Part shown: positions 13,019-25,000 of the stretch, piece by piece
Layout of the letters: each line of letters begins with the position of its first letter
Position numbering within the stretch: position 1 is the first letter of the stretch
Assembly (NCBI GenBank): GCA_001179505.1
Contig: CDMY01000291.1
Coordinates: forward strand, 62,001-126,000
Direction: 5' to 3'
Origin: Vitrella brassicaformis CCMP3155
Taxonomy: Eukaryota > Protista > Chromerida
DNA: 64,000 bases
Translations under genes and position numbers: made by a program
Notes under the pieces: generated by a model
What the model was told of the DNA's origin: nothing
Seen by the model: only the letters and a program-made list of their open reading frames with translations
The model's database searches: none

Positions 13019-14373
13019 ATGGGCAGTACCAAGAAGCCTGGCATGACTGCAGAGCTGCAGGTGCACGAAAGAAGGAGCATTAAACACGATGCTGTGACTG
13101 TGTTGCTGTGTGGTGCGTGCAGTCGCTGTACGATGACATCAAGGCAGCGATGCCGCAGCAGCGGCAAAACTACGACAAGTGGCTACTGACGCTGCCCGAC
13201 GACTTGAAGAAGTCGCTGGTGGGTGACCTCGAGGCCATCGGCCTCTCACTCGACGTGGCCTCGGGCCGCGTGAGCTACATGCCTTCGTTTGAGCCCGTCA
13301 AGCTGCCCTACGAGCTGTGCTACATCAGACACGGCAAGACCGAAGGCAACACGGAGCCGCGCATCTACCAGGTGAGAGGGCAGACAAGCACGCTGCCCCT
13401 TGAGTGAGATGCATCTTTGTCTGTTTGTTTATGGTTGGTTGCAGGGACAGGTGGACTATCCTGAGAACCAAATCAACGAGATCGGCATCCAACAGGTCAC
13501 CCTCACGCATTTCACACGCTAATTTTACTGCATGCATGAGCCATGAACCCTGCTGCTGTGCTCTGTTCTGTGTGCTGATGTAGGCCGAGGAGGCAGCTGA
13601 CAAGATGGAGGCCGAGTACCAGAAGGGGTGGAAGCCCGACCTCATCGTATACAGCCCACTCGGACGGGCTAAGGTCACTCACACAACAATCGCCAACCTT
13701 TGTACACCCACACACCCACTCCGGCCTAATGTTGTGGCTGTGGTTGTCTCCTCCCTCAGCACACGGGCGAGGCGTTTGCCAAGCGGCACCCGGACATCCC
13801 CACTGTCGTCGTCGACGCCACCAAAGAGATGGCATTCGGCGAGTGGGACAACCTCATGGTACCCACACACCACACCACACACACCATGAGCACAGTCATC
13901 CATCTGTGTCGCGTGACGTCACTCCCCCAGGTGAAGGATTTGTGCAAGACGAGCATCGGGCACCTGTTTTACCTGGAGCAGAACGCCATGGTCAAGCCCG
14001 ACGTGCCGCACAGCAGCCCCTCGGGACCCATACCGGCCGAGAACTTCTGCCAAGTGCTCATCCGACTCAGGCAGGCACTCACCGACATCGGCAAGATGCC
14101 GCATCTGCAGGGAAAGCAACACGCCAAGGTGACAAGACACACACACACGCACGAGAAACATTCTCTCTCACATCTCTCTCTGTGTTAGTGCGTTTGTTTG
14201 TGTAGGTGTTGATGTACGGGCATTCGATGGCGGGTGCGGCAGTGCAGATGCTGTTGGGTCACGGGATGGGCGACGAGAAGGGCTTGGGGTTCGACGGAAG
14301 GTACATCATGCCCAACGCCACGCCCTACATGCTGCCAGCCAAGAAACCTGACACCATCAACAAGGGCGGCTAG
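13019..14373 (+). CDS. Histidine phosphatase (phosphoglycerate mutase-like superfamily) protein
   Basis: Spliced protein has LCYIRHGKTEGN (RHG motif), YSPLGRAK, EMAFGEWD and VLMYGHS; ATG 13019, TAG 14371-14373. Confidence 0.85.
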
Positions 14374-16499
14374 GGTAGGGGAGGTGTGGGTGTACTGCTG
14401 CTAGTAGGGCAGAGCGGGGCGGGACGGAGTGAGGTAGGGGTATTTTGTGGTGCGTGGGGATTGGTGGCCCGGGTGGTGTCTGTCTGTCTATGGATGGATG
14501 GATGTGCTCCCCTTGCTCACAGTTTTGGCAGTTTTCCGTGGTTTCTTGATGTGTTCGTGCGGTGGTGCAGTTTCTTGCGTGTCGATACCTACCTACCCGA
14601 CGGACATGTCCACTTGTGTTCCACGCGATGATTGATGACCTGTGGACGCTGCCTTCACGTAACACCTCTCCCCTCTCCTCCCTCCCCTGGATCCCTCGGG
14701 TAACCCAACCACTCACATGCATACACGCTCACAAAATGGACGCAAACAAGGTCGCAAGTCGACTTTTACACCACCACGACACGCAACGCTGCTGGCTGGC
14801 TGTCACGGGCAGACACACACACGACCAGTTAGTTGTCCATTCCCCCCCTCCCTGAGACACACACACTCTCACACACACACACACACACACGCACACACAC
14901 TGCAGTCGGTCGAGGCATGCATCCATCCCAACTGCACTGCAAGTCAGCAAATCGGTCTGTGGACGAATTAGGTACGTACGGTATGTGTGAAGCTGGCTAC
15001 CGGTCAGTCAGTCAGTCAGTCAGGTCACTCACGCCCGTCGACGAAGCCACTCACCGACTAAAACTGCCTAACTGGTTGTTTGGTTGTTTGTTCGAAACGG
15101 ACCCCAAAAAGGCAAAACGACCCGCCCGCACCCCCACCAACCAGCCAGTCGGCCACTCCACTCCCCTCTCTCTGAAACGCAGCTTTCACCTGCCCTGGAT
15201 CGGTCGGTCGTTGGGTCCACCAGTCATGCAGCCAGCATGCACACGCGGAAGGCACCACACCACACCAGGCAAACAACGAGTCTTGAAAACGTCGTCTCGT
15301 CCAGTCCAAAGGAAACGACCGCACCGCACACGGCAACTAGAAAAGGGCGCGTTGACAACCAAACCAAGCGTCCCCACGTCTCTCCGTGTGTCCAGGCAGG
15401 TTTTAAGAAGGTGGCGTGACATACGTCTGTGTGTGTATGTGATCGATCATGCATCATCATACACCTTGCTACGCACCGACCTGCCTGTCTCTGCCGGATT
15501 CTCTCTCCCCCCTCCCTGCCCCCCTCCCTCTCTCTCTGCCCCAACTAGCGTGCCGAAGCATGTCGTGAATTAAGCTGGTGAGTCGCTCGCGTGTGTGTGC
15601 ATCCCGGATGATCCCAGCCATATATGGCGGCGTGTGTGGTGTGTGTGGTGTGTAAATCGACTGAGTGACTGATTCGATACGTACCAAAACTGTCCCTCCC
15701 CGCACCTTACTTACCGTAGGGAGGGAGGTTATGTATGTACAACACGACAGACTGACAGCGCTCACACTCACGCACACGCACTTACCAGCGAGCATGACAG
15801 CCTGCAGCCAATGCAGTCAGCCACACCAAGCCAAGCCAGCCACGACACCAAAATGTGGGCAAGGTATCCCATCCCTCCACTCTCCCCTCCTCACATCCAG
15901 CCACATCACATCCATCACATGAGCGCTATCCACAAGAAACAGAGAGAGAGAGAGACATACGGGCATTCATCCAGTCTGCAAAAAGACAGAAATAAGCCAG
16001 CCAGGCACACAGAGCTGTCTGCCAGTGTCTGTCTGTTGTGCGGCCGTTGGTAATGGAATGGGATTGTATCGTCCCTCTGTTCAAAACGAGCGGAGGGAGG
16101 GTGGGACCTGTCAGTCTGTCTGCCTGTCTGCTATGGTGTACTGCCTACCTCCGCATGAACACCCCGTGCGTCCACGCCTCGTTCACGAGGCCTCTCAATT
16201 CCGGTCAGTCAGTCAGTCAGCCAGCCATTCGCGTATGTATGTACGTACGCATCAAAAAGACAGCCAGTGTGTCCACACACACGTGTGTGAGGTAGGCACA
16301 CAGCCAGACAGACAGACAGACAGCAAAAAAGCAATGGCGGACCGTACCCTACAGCCATTCCACTCATCCAGCCATTCCACTCATCCAGCCATCCACTCAT
16401 CCATCCATCCAGCCATGCAACATTCACGCACGTGAGTGTATTGCATTCCATGTGTTGGATGTGGTGTGTGTGGGTGAGTTAGTCTGTGTGTCTGTCAGT

Positions 16500-19400
16500 C
16501 TACTCGGCCCCGATTTCGTAGTTTCGGATGTTGCCGTAGTAGGCGTCGGTGAGAATCATCTTCAACTCGCGGACCAACGGGTAACGGGGATTCGTGCCAG
16601 TGCACTGACAGACAGACACCATATATATAGCCACACACAAATGTGTCTATCTGTGTATGTGTGTGTATGTGTGTGGGTGAGAATGATTACCCACCTGGTC
16701 GTCGAATGCCCTGAGTGCCATGTCGTCGACGGCGGCCATGTAGTCGTCCTCTTTGACGCCGTACTCCTGGATGGACTTGGGGATCCGCAACTGCTCCTTC
16801 AGCTTCTCCATCGCAGCAACCAACGCATCCACCTGCACACAACACACAACACAGCACCATCATGCTCTCTCTGTGGCCATGATCAGGGTCTGTCTGTCTG
16901 TTCGGTCTCTTCGCGCTGGTTACTTACTTTCTCAGCGTCCGTCATGGATTTGTCCTTTGGTACGATGGCGATGTGCTCGGCCACCTCGGCGTACTGGCGC
17001 TGTGCCTTGGGGAAGGAGTACTGGGGGAAGGTCCCCAACTTGGTCGGCGCCTCGCTAGCATTGAACTTGACCACCTACCGAGCCGCACACAGACACACAG
17101 ACAGACAGACAGACAGACAGAGATGCAGACAATGGAGAGGGGATGGAGGTGTGTGTGTGTGTGTCCACTCCACCTGTGTGAGGACGAGTGCGTTTGCGAG
17201 TCCGTGTGGGATGGAGAACGCGCCACCCAACTGATGAGCTATCGAACTGACAACCACACAGCACAACACAAATGCCTACAGTCAGTCCATGGCTGGATGT
17301 GTCGTGTCGTGTGGTGTAGCTGACTGGCAGATGCCGAGGAATGCGTTAGCGAATGCGAGTCCGGCGATGGAGGAGGCATTGTGCATGTTCTCGCGGGCGG
17401 TGGCGTCGGCCTCGAGCACCGACTTGGGCAGGTTGTCGAATATCAACTTGATCGCACGCAGACTCAAGGCCTGGGTGTAGTCCTGGCAACACACACACAC
17501 ACACACACGTGAGCCACACACCAGACAAAACAAAACGCCCGACAGATGCGATCGATGGAGGGATGCCGTACGTACCGTCGAGAGCATGGACACGTAGGCC
17601 TCCAACGCATGAGTGTAGGCGTCGTAGCCCGTGAACGCTGCCAGACCCTAGACACACAACACACACAGACAGACATTCACACCAATTTCTTTCCTCCCTC
17701 TCCGTGGGGTGTGTGTGTGTGTGTCATTAGGTCATTCTGTGGACTCTCTCACTCACTCACTGACCTTTGGCATGGTCTGGACGAAGTCGCCGTCCATGAT
17801 GGCCATGTCGGGTGTCAGGCGGTAGGAGGCGATGGGGTACTTGGTGTGTGTCTTGCTGTCCGTGATGACCGCAAACGGGGTCATCTCGGCACCAGTGCCC
17901 GACGTCGTGGGGATCATCACCAATTTCTTCACCTTGCTGCCCAGATTCGGAAACCTGCACACACAAACACATACCCAACACAAACCGCATAAAGAATGGG
18001 TGCTGGCTCTCTCCCTCCCTCCCTCGGTGTGTCCGTCCGTGTCTCACTTGATGATGCGCTTGCGGATGTCGAGGAAGCGCGTGTAGAGCTCAGGGACGGT
18101 GACCTCGGGGTGCTCGTACACCAGGCGCATGATCTTGGAGGCGTCCATGGGGGAGCCGCCGCCGAATGCGATCATGCAGTCGGGCTTGTACTGCTTCATA
18201 CGCTCCACACCCGCCATCACCGTCAGGTCGTCGGGGTCGGGCTTGACGTCGGCAAACACCTACACACGCGTAGGCACACACACGGAGAGAGAGAGAGAGA
18301 GAGAGAGGAATCCATGCGACACACAGATGGATGGCATGCAAGGAGGGTTCTGATTTCTGTTTTGCTCACGTCATAGTCAATGCCACGTCGCTCCAGGGCG
18401 GTCGTGAGCAGCGAAACGTATCCCAGCGACTTCATGGCCTGACCAACGGAACCAACGAACGACATGGGCGGTGCCGTGCAGTCGAGTTACATTTGTGAGT
18501 GCTGACCTGGTCGGTGACGATGAATGCCTTCGTGAGTCCGTATCCCTGCAGGTCCTCCATCGCCTCGTGCAGGATGCCGCGGTTGAAGTAGATGGCCGGC
18601 GGCACCTTGAACCACAACATGTGCTCGCGACGCTCAGACACCTGCACACACACACACAGAGATAAAGGGAGCCGTATATTGGTGCGTAGGCGGATCGAGG
18701 CACACACATCTGATGCATCAATGGAAAAACGGGGGGCTACCTAACTGACTCTCTCTCTGTCTGTCTGTCATGCAAGTCGTCCATCCATACCCTTTCTGCT
18801 CTGTCTTGTGGCCAGAGTGTGGCCGGGTCAACGACAACAACACTGTCGCCGCCTCCCTACACCCATCCATTTCATCCAGCCCCCCACATGCATCACACCA
18901 ACCAGCCTCCCTCCCACCCTCCCTAACTCATTCACTCACTGCCCCCACACATCCTTGTTCAGTTGACCCACCTGTTTGTAGTTGAGGAGGTGTTTGACCG
19001 ACAGCCCCTCGGCCGTGGCGTTCATGCCCCACGAGCCGCACCCGAGGGACAGCGATGGGCTGGTGCGGAAGTTGTAGAGGTCTCCGATGGCGCCCTGGCT
19101 GGTGGGCATGTCGACGAGCACACGGCCGGTGGGCATGCGGCTCTCGAACTTGGCCAGCCGGTCCTTGAAGACCTTGGAGTTCTGGTCGCTGTACAGACAC
19201 GACGTGTGGCCCATACCGCCGTAACGCACACACACGTACGCCATCTCCACCGCCGCGTCGAAATCCGGAACCCTGCACCAAACCAAACAGAGAGGAGAGG
19301 GAGGGAATATTAACACGTTACGTGGTGTGTTGTGTTGTGTTGTGGGTGGATGGGATGGCGTGTGTTGTGTACGTGATGAAGGAGAGGCATGGGCAGAGCT

Positions 19401-21008
19401 TTTCGTGTGAGAGTTTCTCCGAAGGCCCGATCTCCTTGATCTTGCCGAGGCAGAGGCGGACGCCCTTGGGAGCGCCCTCGATGTTGGCCATCTGGCAGAG
19501 CTTCTCGGCCGTCTGCCCAACCGCCTTGGGATTCAGACGGTCGCCGTCCAGCAATATGAAGTCGCCCATCTGATCAGTGTACAGGACAGCAAAGCACTGT
19601 GTGCGGCGTGGCGTGTGTGGCATGTGTGGGGGGGATGGGTACCTACCTTGTGTTTCTCCTCCTCGGTCAGGAAGTAAGCGCCTCGCTTCGTGAACTCCTC
19701 CTCCACCCGCTTGGCCACAGACTCGACAGCTACCACGCACTGATCACACACACACGACACACAATGGACCGACCGCTCCTCCATCCATGTGTATTCGTTG
19801 TCGGGTGTGTCGCGTCACCTGTTCGCTGGCGCAGATCATGCCGCAGTCGAATGTCTTGCTGAGGAGGATGGAGTTGACGGCCAGCGGGATGTCGGCCGTC
19901 TCGTCGATGACCGCCGGGGTGTTGCCCGCGCCACCGCCCATCGCTGGCTTGCCTGACGAGTACGCCGCCTTGACCAACCCTCCAGCACCTACACACAAAC
20001 ACATAAGGAGTGTGTCTGCTTAGGACGAATGTGTGCACTCTCGTGTGTGTGTGTGTGTGTGTGTTTGTGATGATGAGGGGCAGGTACCTACCAGTGGCGA
20101 CGACCATGGAGGCCCTCTTGTGCTGCATGAGCGTGTTGCACATCTCGACAGTGGGGATGTCGATCCAACCGATGCAGTTCTCAGGCGCGCCAGCATCAAC
20201 GGCCGCATCCCTAACACACAACACAACACAACACAACAAGACGATAACAAAGATGCGTTCTGTGTGTCTGTGGCCTCACGAGTGCCCCCCTCCCCCCGCA
20301 CACGCACCTGACGATCTTTGCGGTGGCGATGGTGCACCGTGCGGTGCGTGGGTGCGGCGAGAAGACGATGCAGTTGCGGGTCTTGAGCGCCAGGAGTGAC
20401 TTGAAGATGGTCGTCGATGTGGGGTTGGTGCAGGGCACGATGCCCGCCAGCACACCGATGGGCTCCGCCACTACCTCGAAGCCGCCGGCCTCATCACGGT
20501 CAACCACACCACAGGTCTTGGTGTCCTTGTACCTGCAGGTATGTACCACACCACACACAAGACACACCACATCACCCACACCGAACATGACGCGGCCCGG
20601 TGCGTGTGCGTGTGTGATGCATGCCATGCCATGGGTCACCCACTTGCTGTGGACGTATTCGGAGGCGAAGTGGTTCTTGATGGTTTTGTCCTCCAGGATG
20701 CCCATGCCGCCCTCCTCGACGGCCATCTTGGCGAGCGGCACACGGTGCTGGGCGGCAGCAGTGGCGGCACGGTGGAAGATCTTGTCCACCTGCTCCTGGT
20801 TCAACAAACGCATCTTGTCCTGCGCAACGTACACCTGAACAACAGTCACAGACAACACAACGACACGATAAGAGAACGGACACGTGGGGCTTTTGGTGTC
20901 TGTTGTGCGTGTGTGCTATGTGCAGCTGACCTCTTCCATGAGGAGGTCGAGGTCTGCGGGCGTCCTGACGACGCCCACACTCTGAGAGGGCTGCACCTCT
21001 TGGGCCAT
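16500..21008 (-). CDS. adhE: Bifunctional acetaldehyde-CoA/alcohol dehydrogenase (AdhE)
   Basis: ALDH half: [37 protein letters not shown]. Linker: SLGCGSWG...KHLLNYK. Fe-ADH half: [59 protein letters not shown] 21008, TAG 16500. Confidence 0.96.
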
Positions 21009-21252
21009 GCTGTGCTGTCACTCAATCTCGATGATGTACAACACTACTAAGCTACTCGGATGGGCTCTCAAACTCAAACAAGGTCAACAGCCTCTGAACA
21101 GCTGCTGCGATGCGTTCCGTGACGCCTTCCCAATGCGAGCTTAGTAGACCTGTGACCCAATTCATTGTGACTCGAGACAAGCGCGGAGAGCGTTGAGAGA
21201 TTTGCATCGTGATTGTTGAAGTGCGATAGAAGTTGTCGTGTCAATTGCAGCG
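21009..21252. promoter_or_regulatory. Putative bidirectional promoter shared by adhE and PFL
   Basis: 244 bp between two divergent ATGs, without the microsatellite runs seen in introns; function inferred from geometry only. Confidence 0.55.
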
Positions 21253-24200
21253 ATGCCGGCCCCTGTGATAGACGTGGAGGCGTACATCTCCCAGCAGCTG
21301 CCCACCCTGCTCTACGATGGCGACGGCAACTTCCTGGCGGGGCCAACCGACCGAACCAAAAAGGTACGCACCTACCGATGGATGGGATGGAAACCACACA
21401 CACAACAGACAGTGGAAGCAGCCATCCTTTGTGGTGTGTGGGTGTGTGGTTCAGGTGTGGACTAGGTGCACGGAGTTGCTGAAGGAGGAGCTGGCCAAGG
21501 GTGGCACACTCGACGTCGACAACAAAACCATCTCATACGTACGTACCAACACGCAAGCAATACACAGACGCACACAGAGAGGGAGGGAGGGAGGTGTGTG
21601 CGCATTGGGTGTCTGTGTGTCTGTGTGTCTGTCTGTGTGTTGTGTCAGGTGAATGCGTTTGGCGCCGGGTACATCGATAGGGAGAACGAGTTGATCGTCG
21701 GTCTGCAGGCTGACGCGCCCCTCAAACGCACCTGCAAGCCACACGGCGGCATCCGCATGGTCCAGGCGTCCCTCGAGTCCGTCGGATCTAAGCTAGACCC
21801 GCTCATGGAGGAGGTCAAACAACACAGCACAACACAACAGGGGATCTGATCTGTGTGTGTGTGTGTGTGTCTGTGCAGATCTTCACCAAGCACCGCAAGA
21901 CGCACAACCAGGGCGTGTTCGACGTGTACGATGACGAGGTAACCACCCAAACCACATCAAACACCCACATGGCATGCAACACAAGACCCTCATGTGTGTT
22001 GTGTCTGGGTGCATTGCCTCCCATCTGTCATTCATTCATGTGTTGTTGTGTTTGTCTGTCCTGCAGATGCGCGCGTGTCGTTCGGCTCACATCCTGACGG
22101 GTCTGCCGGACTCGTACGGCCGCGGCCGCATCATCGGGGACTACCGCCGCGTGGCCCTCTACGGCATCGACCTGCTCATCGAGGCCAAAAAGGCAGACAA
22201 GAAACTCATCGGACCAGAGATGTACACAACCAAAACCAATACATCGACCATCCCTCCGTCCATCCACCTGTGCCTGTGTGTGTGTGCGTGTGTGTGTGTG
22301 TGTCAGGAATGAGGACAATTTGCGTCTGCGTGAGGAGATCAGCGAGCAGATTTTGGCGTTCAACCAGCTCAAGGAGATGGGTATGGCGTACGGCATCGAC
22401 ATGTCCAAGCCGGCCCAGAACGCGCAGGAGGCCATCCAGTTCACCTACTTCGCATACCTTGGGGCCATCAAGGAGCAGGACGGCGCCGCCATGTCCCTCG
22501 GACGCATGGACTCCTTCTTCGAGACATACATCAGCAAGGACCTCGAGAAGGGATCCATCACGGAGGAGCGAGCACAGGTCGGTGGCGGTGGGGGCTGGGC
22601 GGCACTGACTTCATGTACGTACGTACGTACGTACGTCTGTGTGTGTGGTTGTGTTGTGTGCAGGAGTTGATAGACGATTTTGTGATCAAGCTGCGTTTGG
22701 TGCGCCACCTTCGCACGCCCGCATTCGAGGACCTCTTCTCAGGTCGGTTGGTGACGCATCGCATCGATACAGACATGGCAACATACATACATACATACAG
22801 CACAGCGCATTGCATCGATGTGTCTGCCTGGGTGCATATGTGTGTGTGTGGGTGGGTGGGTGGGTGGGTGTGCATCTGTCAGGGAATCCGACGTGGGTGA
22901 CGGCGGTGATTGGCGGCATCGATGACAAGGGCACCCACCAGGTCACCAAGACCTCATTCAGGTAAGCTACACACTCACTGACAGCAATACAAACACACTG
23001 CATACGACGCACACAGCACATGCCTCTCTCTCTCTCTCTCTGTGGTGGGTGTGGTGTGTGTTGGTTGTGTTGTATGTGAAGGATTTTGAACACGCTGTAC
23101 AACCTGGGCCCGGCTCCCGAGCCCAACATGACCGTCCTATGGAGCCAGACACTCCCAAAGGTAGGCACGCGCCGTACCATACGCCTCACACCACCCTCCC
23201 ACAGACACATACACGACACATGGCGTGGCATGGATGTCGTGTCTGTGTGTGCAGGGTTTCAAGGAGTACTGTGCCAAGGTTTCCATCGACACGTCATCCA
23301 TCCAATACGAAAACGATGGTGGGGCGGACGGAGGGGATGCGTGGACTGGACACAAATGTGATGTGCCTGCCTCGGTGCGGTGCGGTGCGTGTGTATGTGT
23401 GTTTGTTTTCGCATTCAGACGTCATGCGTCCGGTGTACGGGGCCGACTACGCCATAGCCTGCTGTGTGAGCGGAATGACCATCGGAAAGCAGATGCAGGT
23501 AAGGTACACACACACACACACACACACACATGACAGACAGACAGACATGTATGTGCCTTACCCCTGGCTGCTTGTGTGTGTCTTTAGTTCTTCGGTGCGC
23601 GTTGCAACCTCCCCAAGCTGCTCCTCTACACACTCAACGAAGGACGGGACGAAATCTCAGGTAGCTACATCCGCACCGACCGCAGCCACCTCCCTCCCTC
23701 CCTCCCTCCCTCCCTACGCACACTCAGCCATATGTTGTGGGTGTGGCGTGCGCATTTGATTTGTGCAGGCAAGCAGGTGGGTCCGAAGTTCAAGAAGTTC
23801 AAGGACGGTCCCTTGGACTTCGCCGAGGTGCAAGCTGAGTTCGAGAAGGCCCTCGACTGGCTCATGCGGGTGTACGCCAACACCATGAACTGCATCCACT
23901 ACATGCACGACAAATACTTCTACGAACGGCTCGAGATGGCCCTCCACGACAGCAATGTCCACCGCTTCATGGCCTACGGCATCGCTGGTACGTCGACCGA
24001 CCAGCAGCATAGCGTCGTGTGGATGTGTGTGTGTGTGGATCAGGCATATCTGTGATGGCTGACTCGTTGAGTGCGATCAGAGATGCCAAGGTGACGCCTG
24101 TGCGCGACGAGCGGGGCATCACGACGGACTTCAAGATAGAGGGCGAGTTCCCCAAGTACGGCAACGATGACGACAGAGTCGACGAACTCGCCAAATGGGT

Positions 24201-25000
24201 CACGAAAGGTACACTCACCCAGACGCCACGCACGGCACCAAAATGTGTTCTCGTCTGTCCACGCTCATCTGTATGTGTTGTGTATGCTATGTGTGTTAGC
24301 TGTGATCACCCGTCTGCGTCAGCACAAGACGTACCGCAACTCTGAGCCCACCCTGTCGGTCCTCACCATCACCTCCAACGTCGTCTACGGCAAGGCCACC
24401 GGATCCACACCCGACGGACGCAAGAAGGGAGAACCGTTCGCACCGGGCGCCAACCCAAGTAGCCCAACAACACAACACAACCACACACATGGCATGGCGA
24501 GGAACCAACCATTCCATTCCATGCCTGTCGGGTGTTGTGTGGTTTAGTGCATGGCCGTGATGCGAGTGGCGCGTTGGCATCGCTCAACTCGGTGGCCAAG
24601 TTGGACTACTCCGACTGCCGTGACGGCATCAGCAACACCTTCTCGCTCGTGCCCACGGCCATCGGCAAGGACGAGACGGCCCGCAAGGAGAACCTCACGG
24701 CACTCCTCGACGGATACTTCGGGCAGATGGCACACCACCTCAACGTCAATGTCCTCAACAGAGACACGCTGCTCGATGCCGTCGAGCACCCAGAGGTGCG
24801 CCTGGGTGCATGTGGCAACCGAGGGCAGCAACACCGCTGGATTCCTCCTCTCGTATCTCTCGTATGTGTCCGTTTCTCTGTGTGTGCAGAAGTACCCGCA
24901 GCTGACGGTGCGTGTGTCGGGTTACGCCGTGCACTTCAACCGGCTGACGCGCGACCAGCAGATGGAGGTCATCGGACGCACCTTCCACACAACCATCTGA
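21253..25000 (+). CDS. pflB: Pyruvate formate-lyase (formate C-acetyltransferase, glycyl radical enzyme)
   Basis: [48 protein letters not shown] (adjacent catalytic Cys pair), [39 protein letters not shown] (glycyl radical motif); ATG 21253, TGA 24998-25000. Confidence 0.97.

Noticed and set aside
14400-16450. Possible genes or RNA genes between the phosphatase and adhE
   Set aside because: Dominated by microsatellites; no consistent exon chain or RNA gene signature
16500-25000. Bacterial contamination as the source of pfl and adhE
   Set aside because: Both genes contain many spliceosomal introns with the same microsatellite style as neighbouring genes
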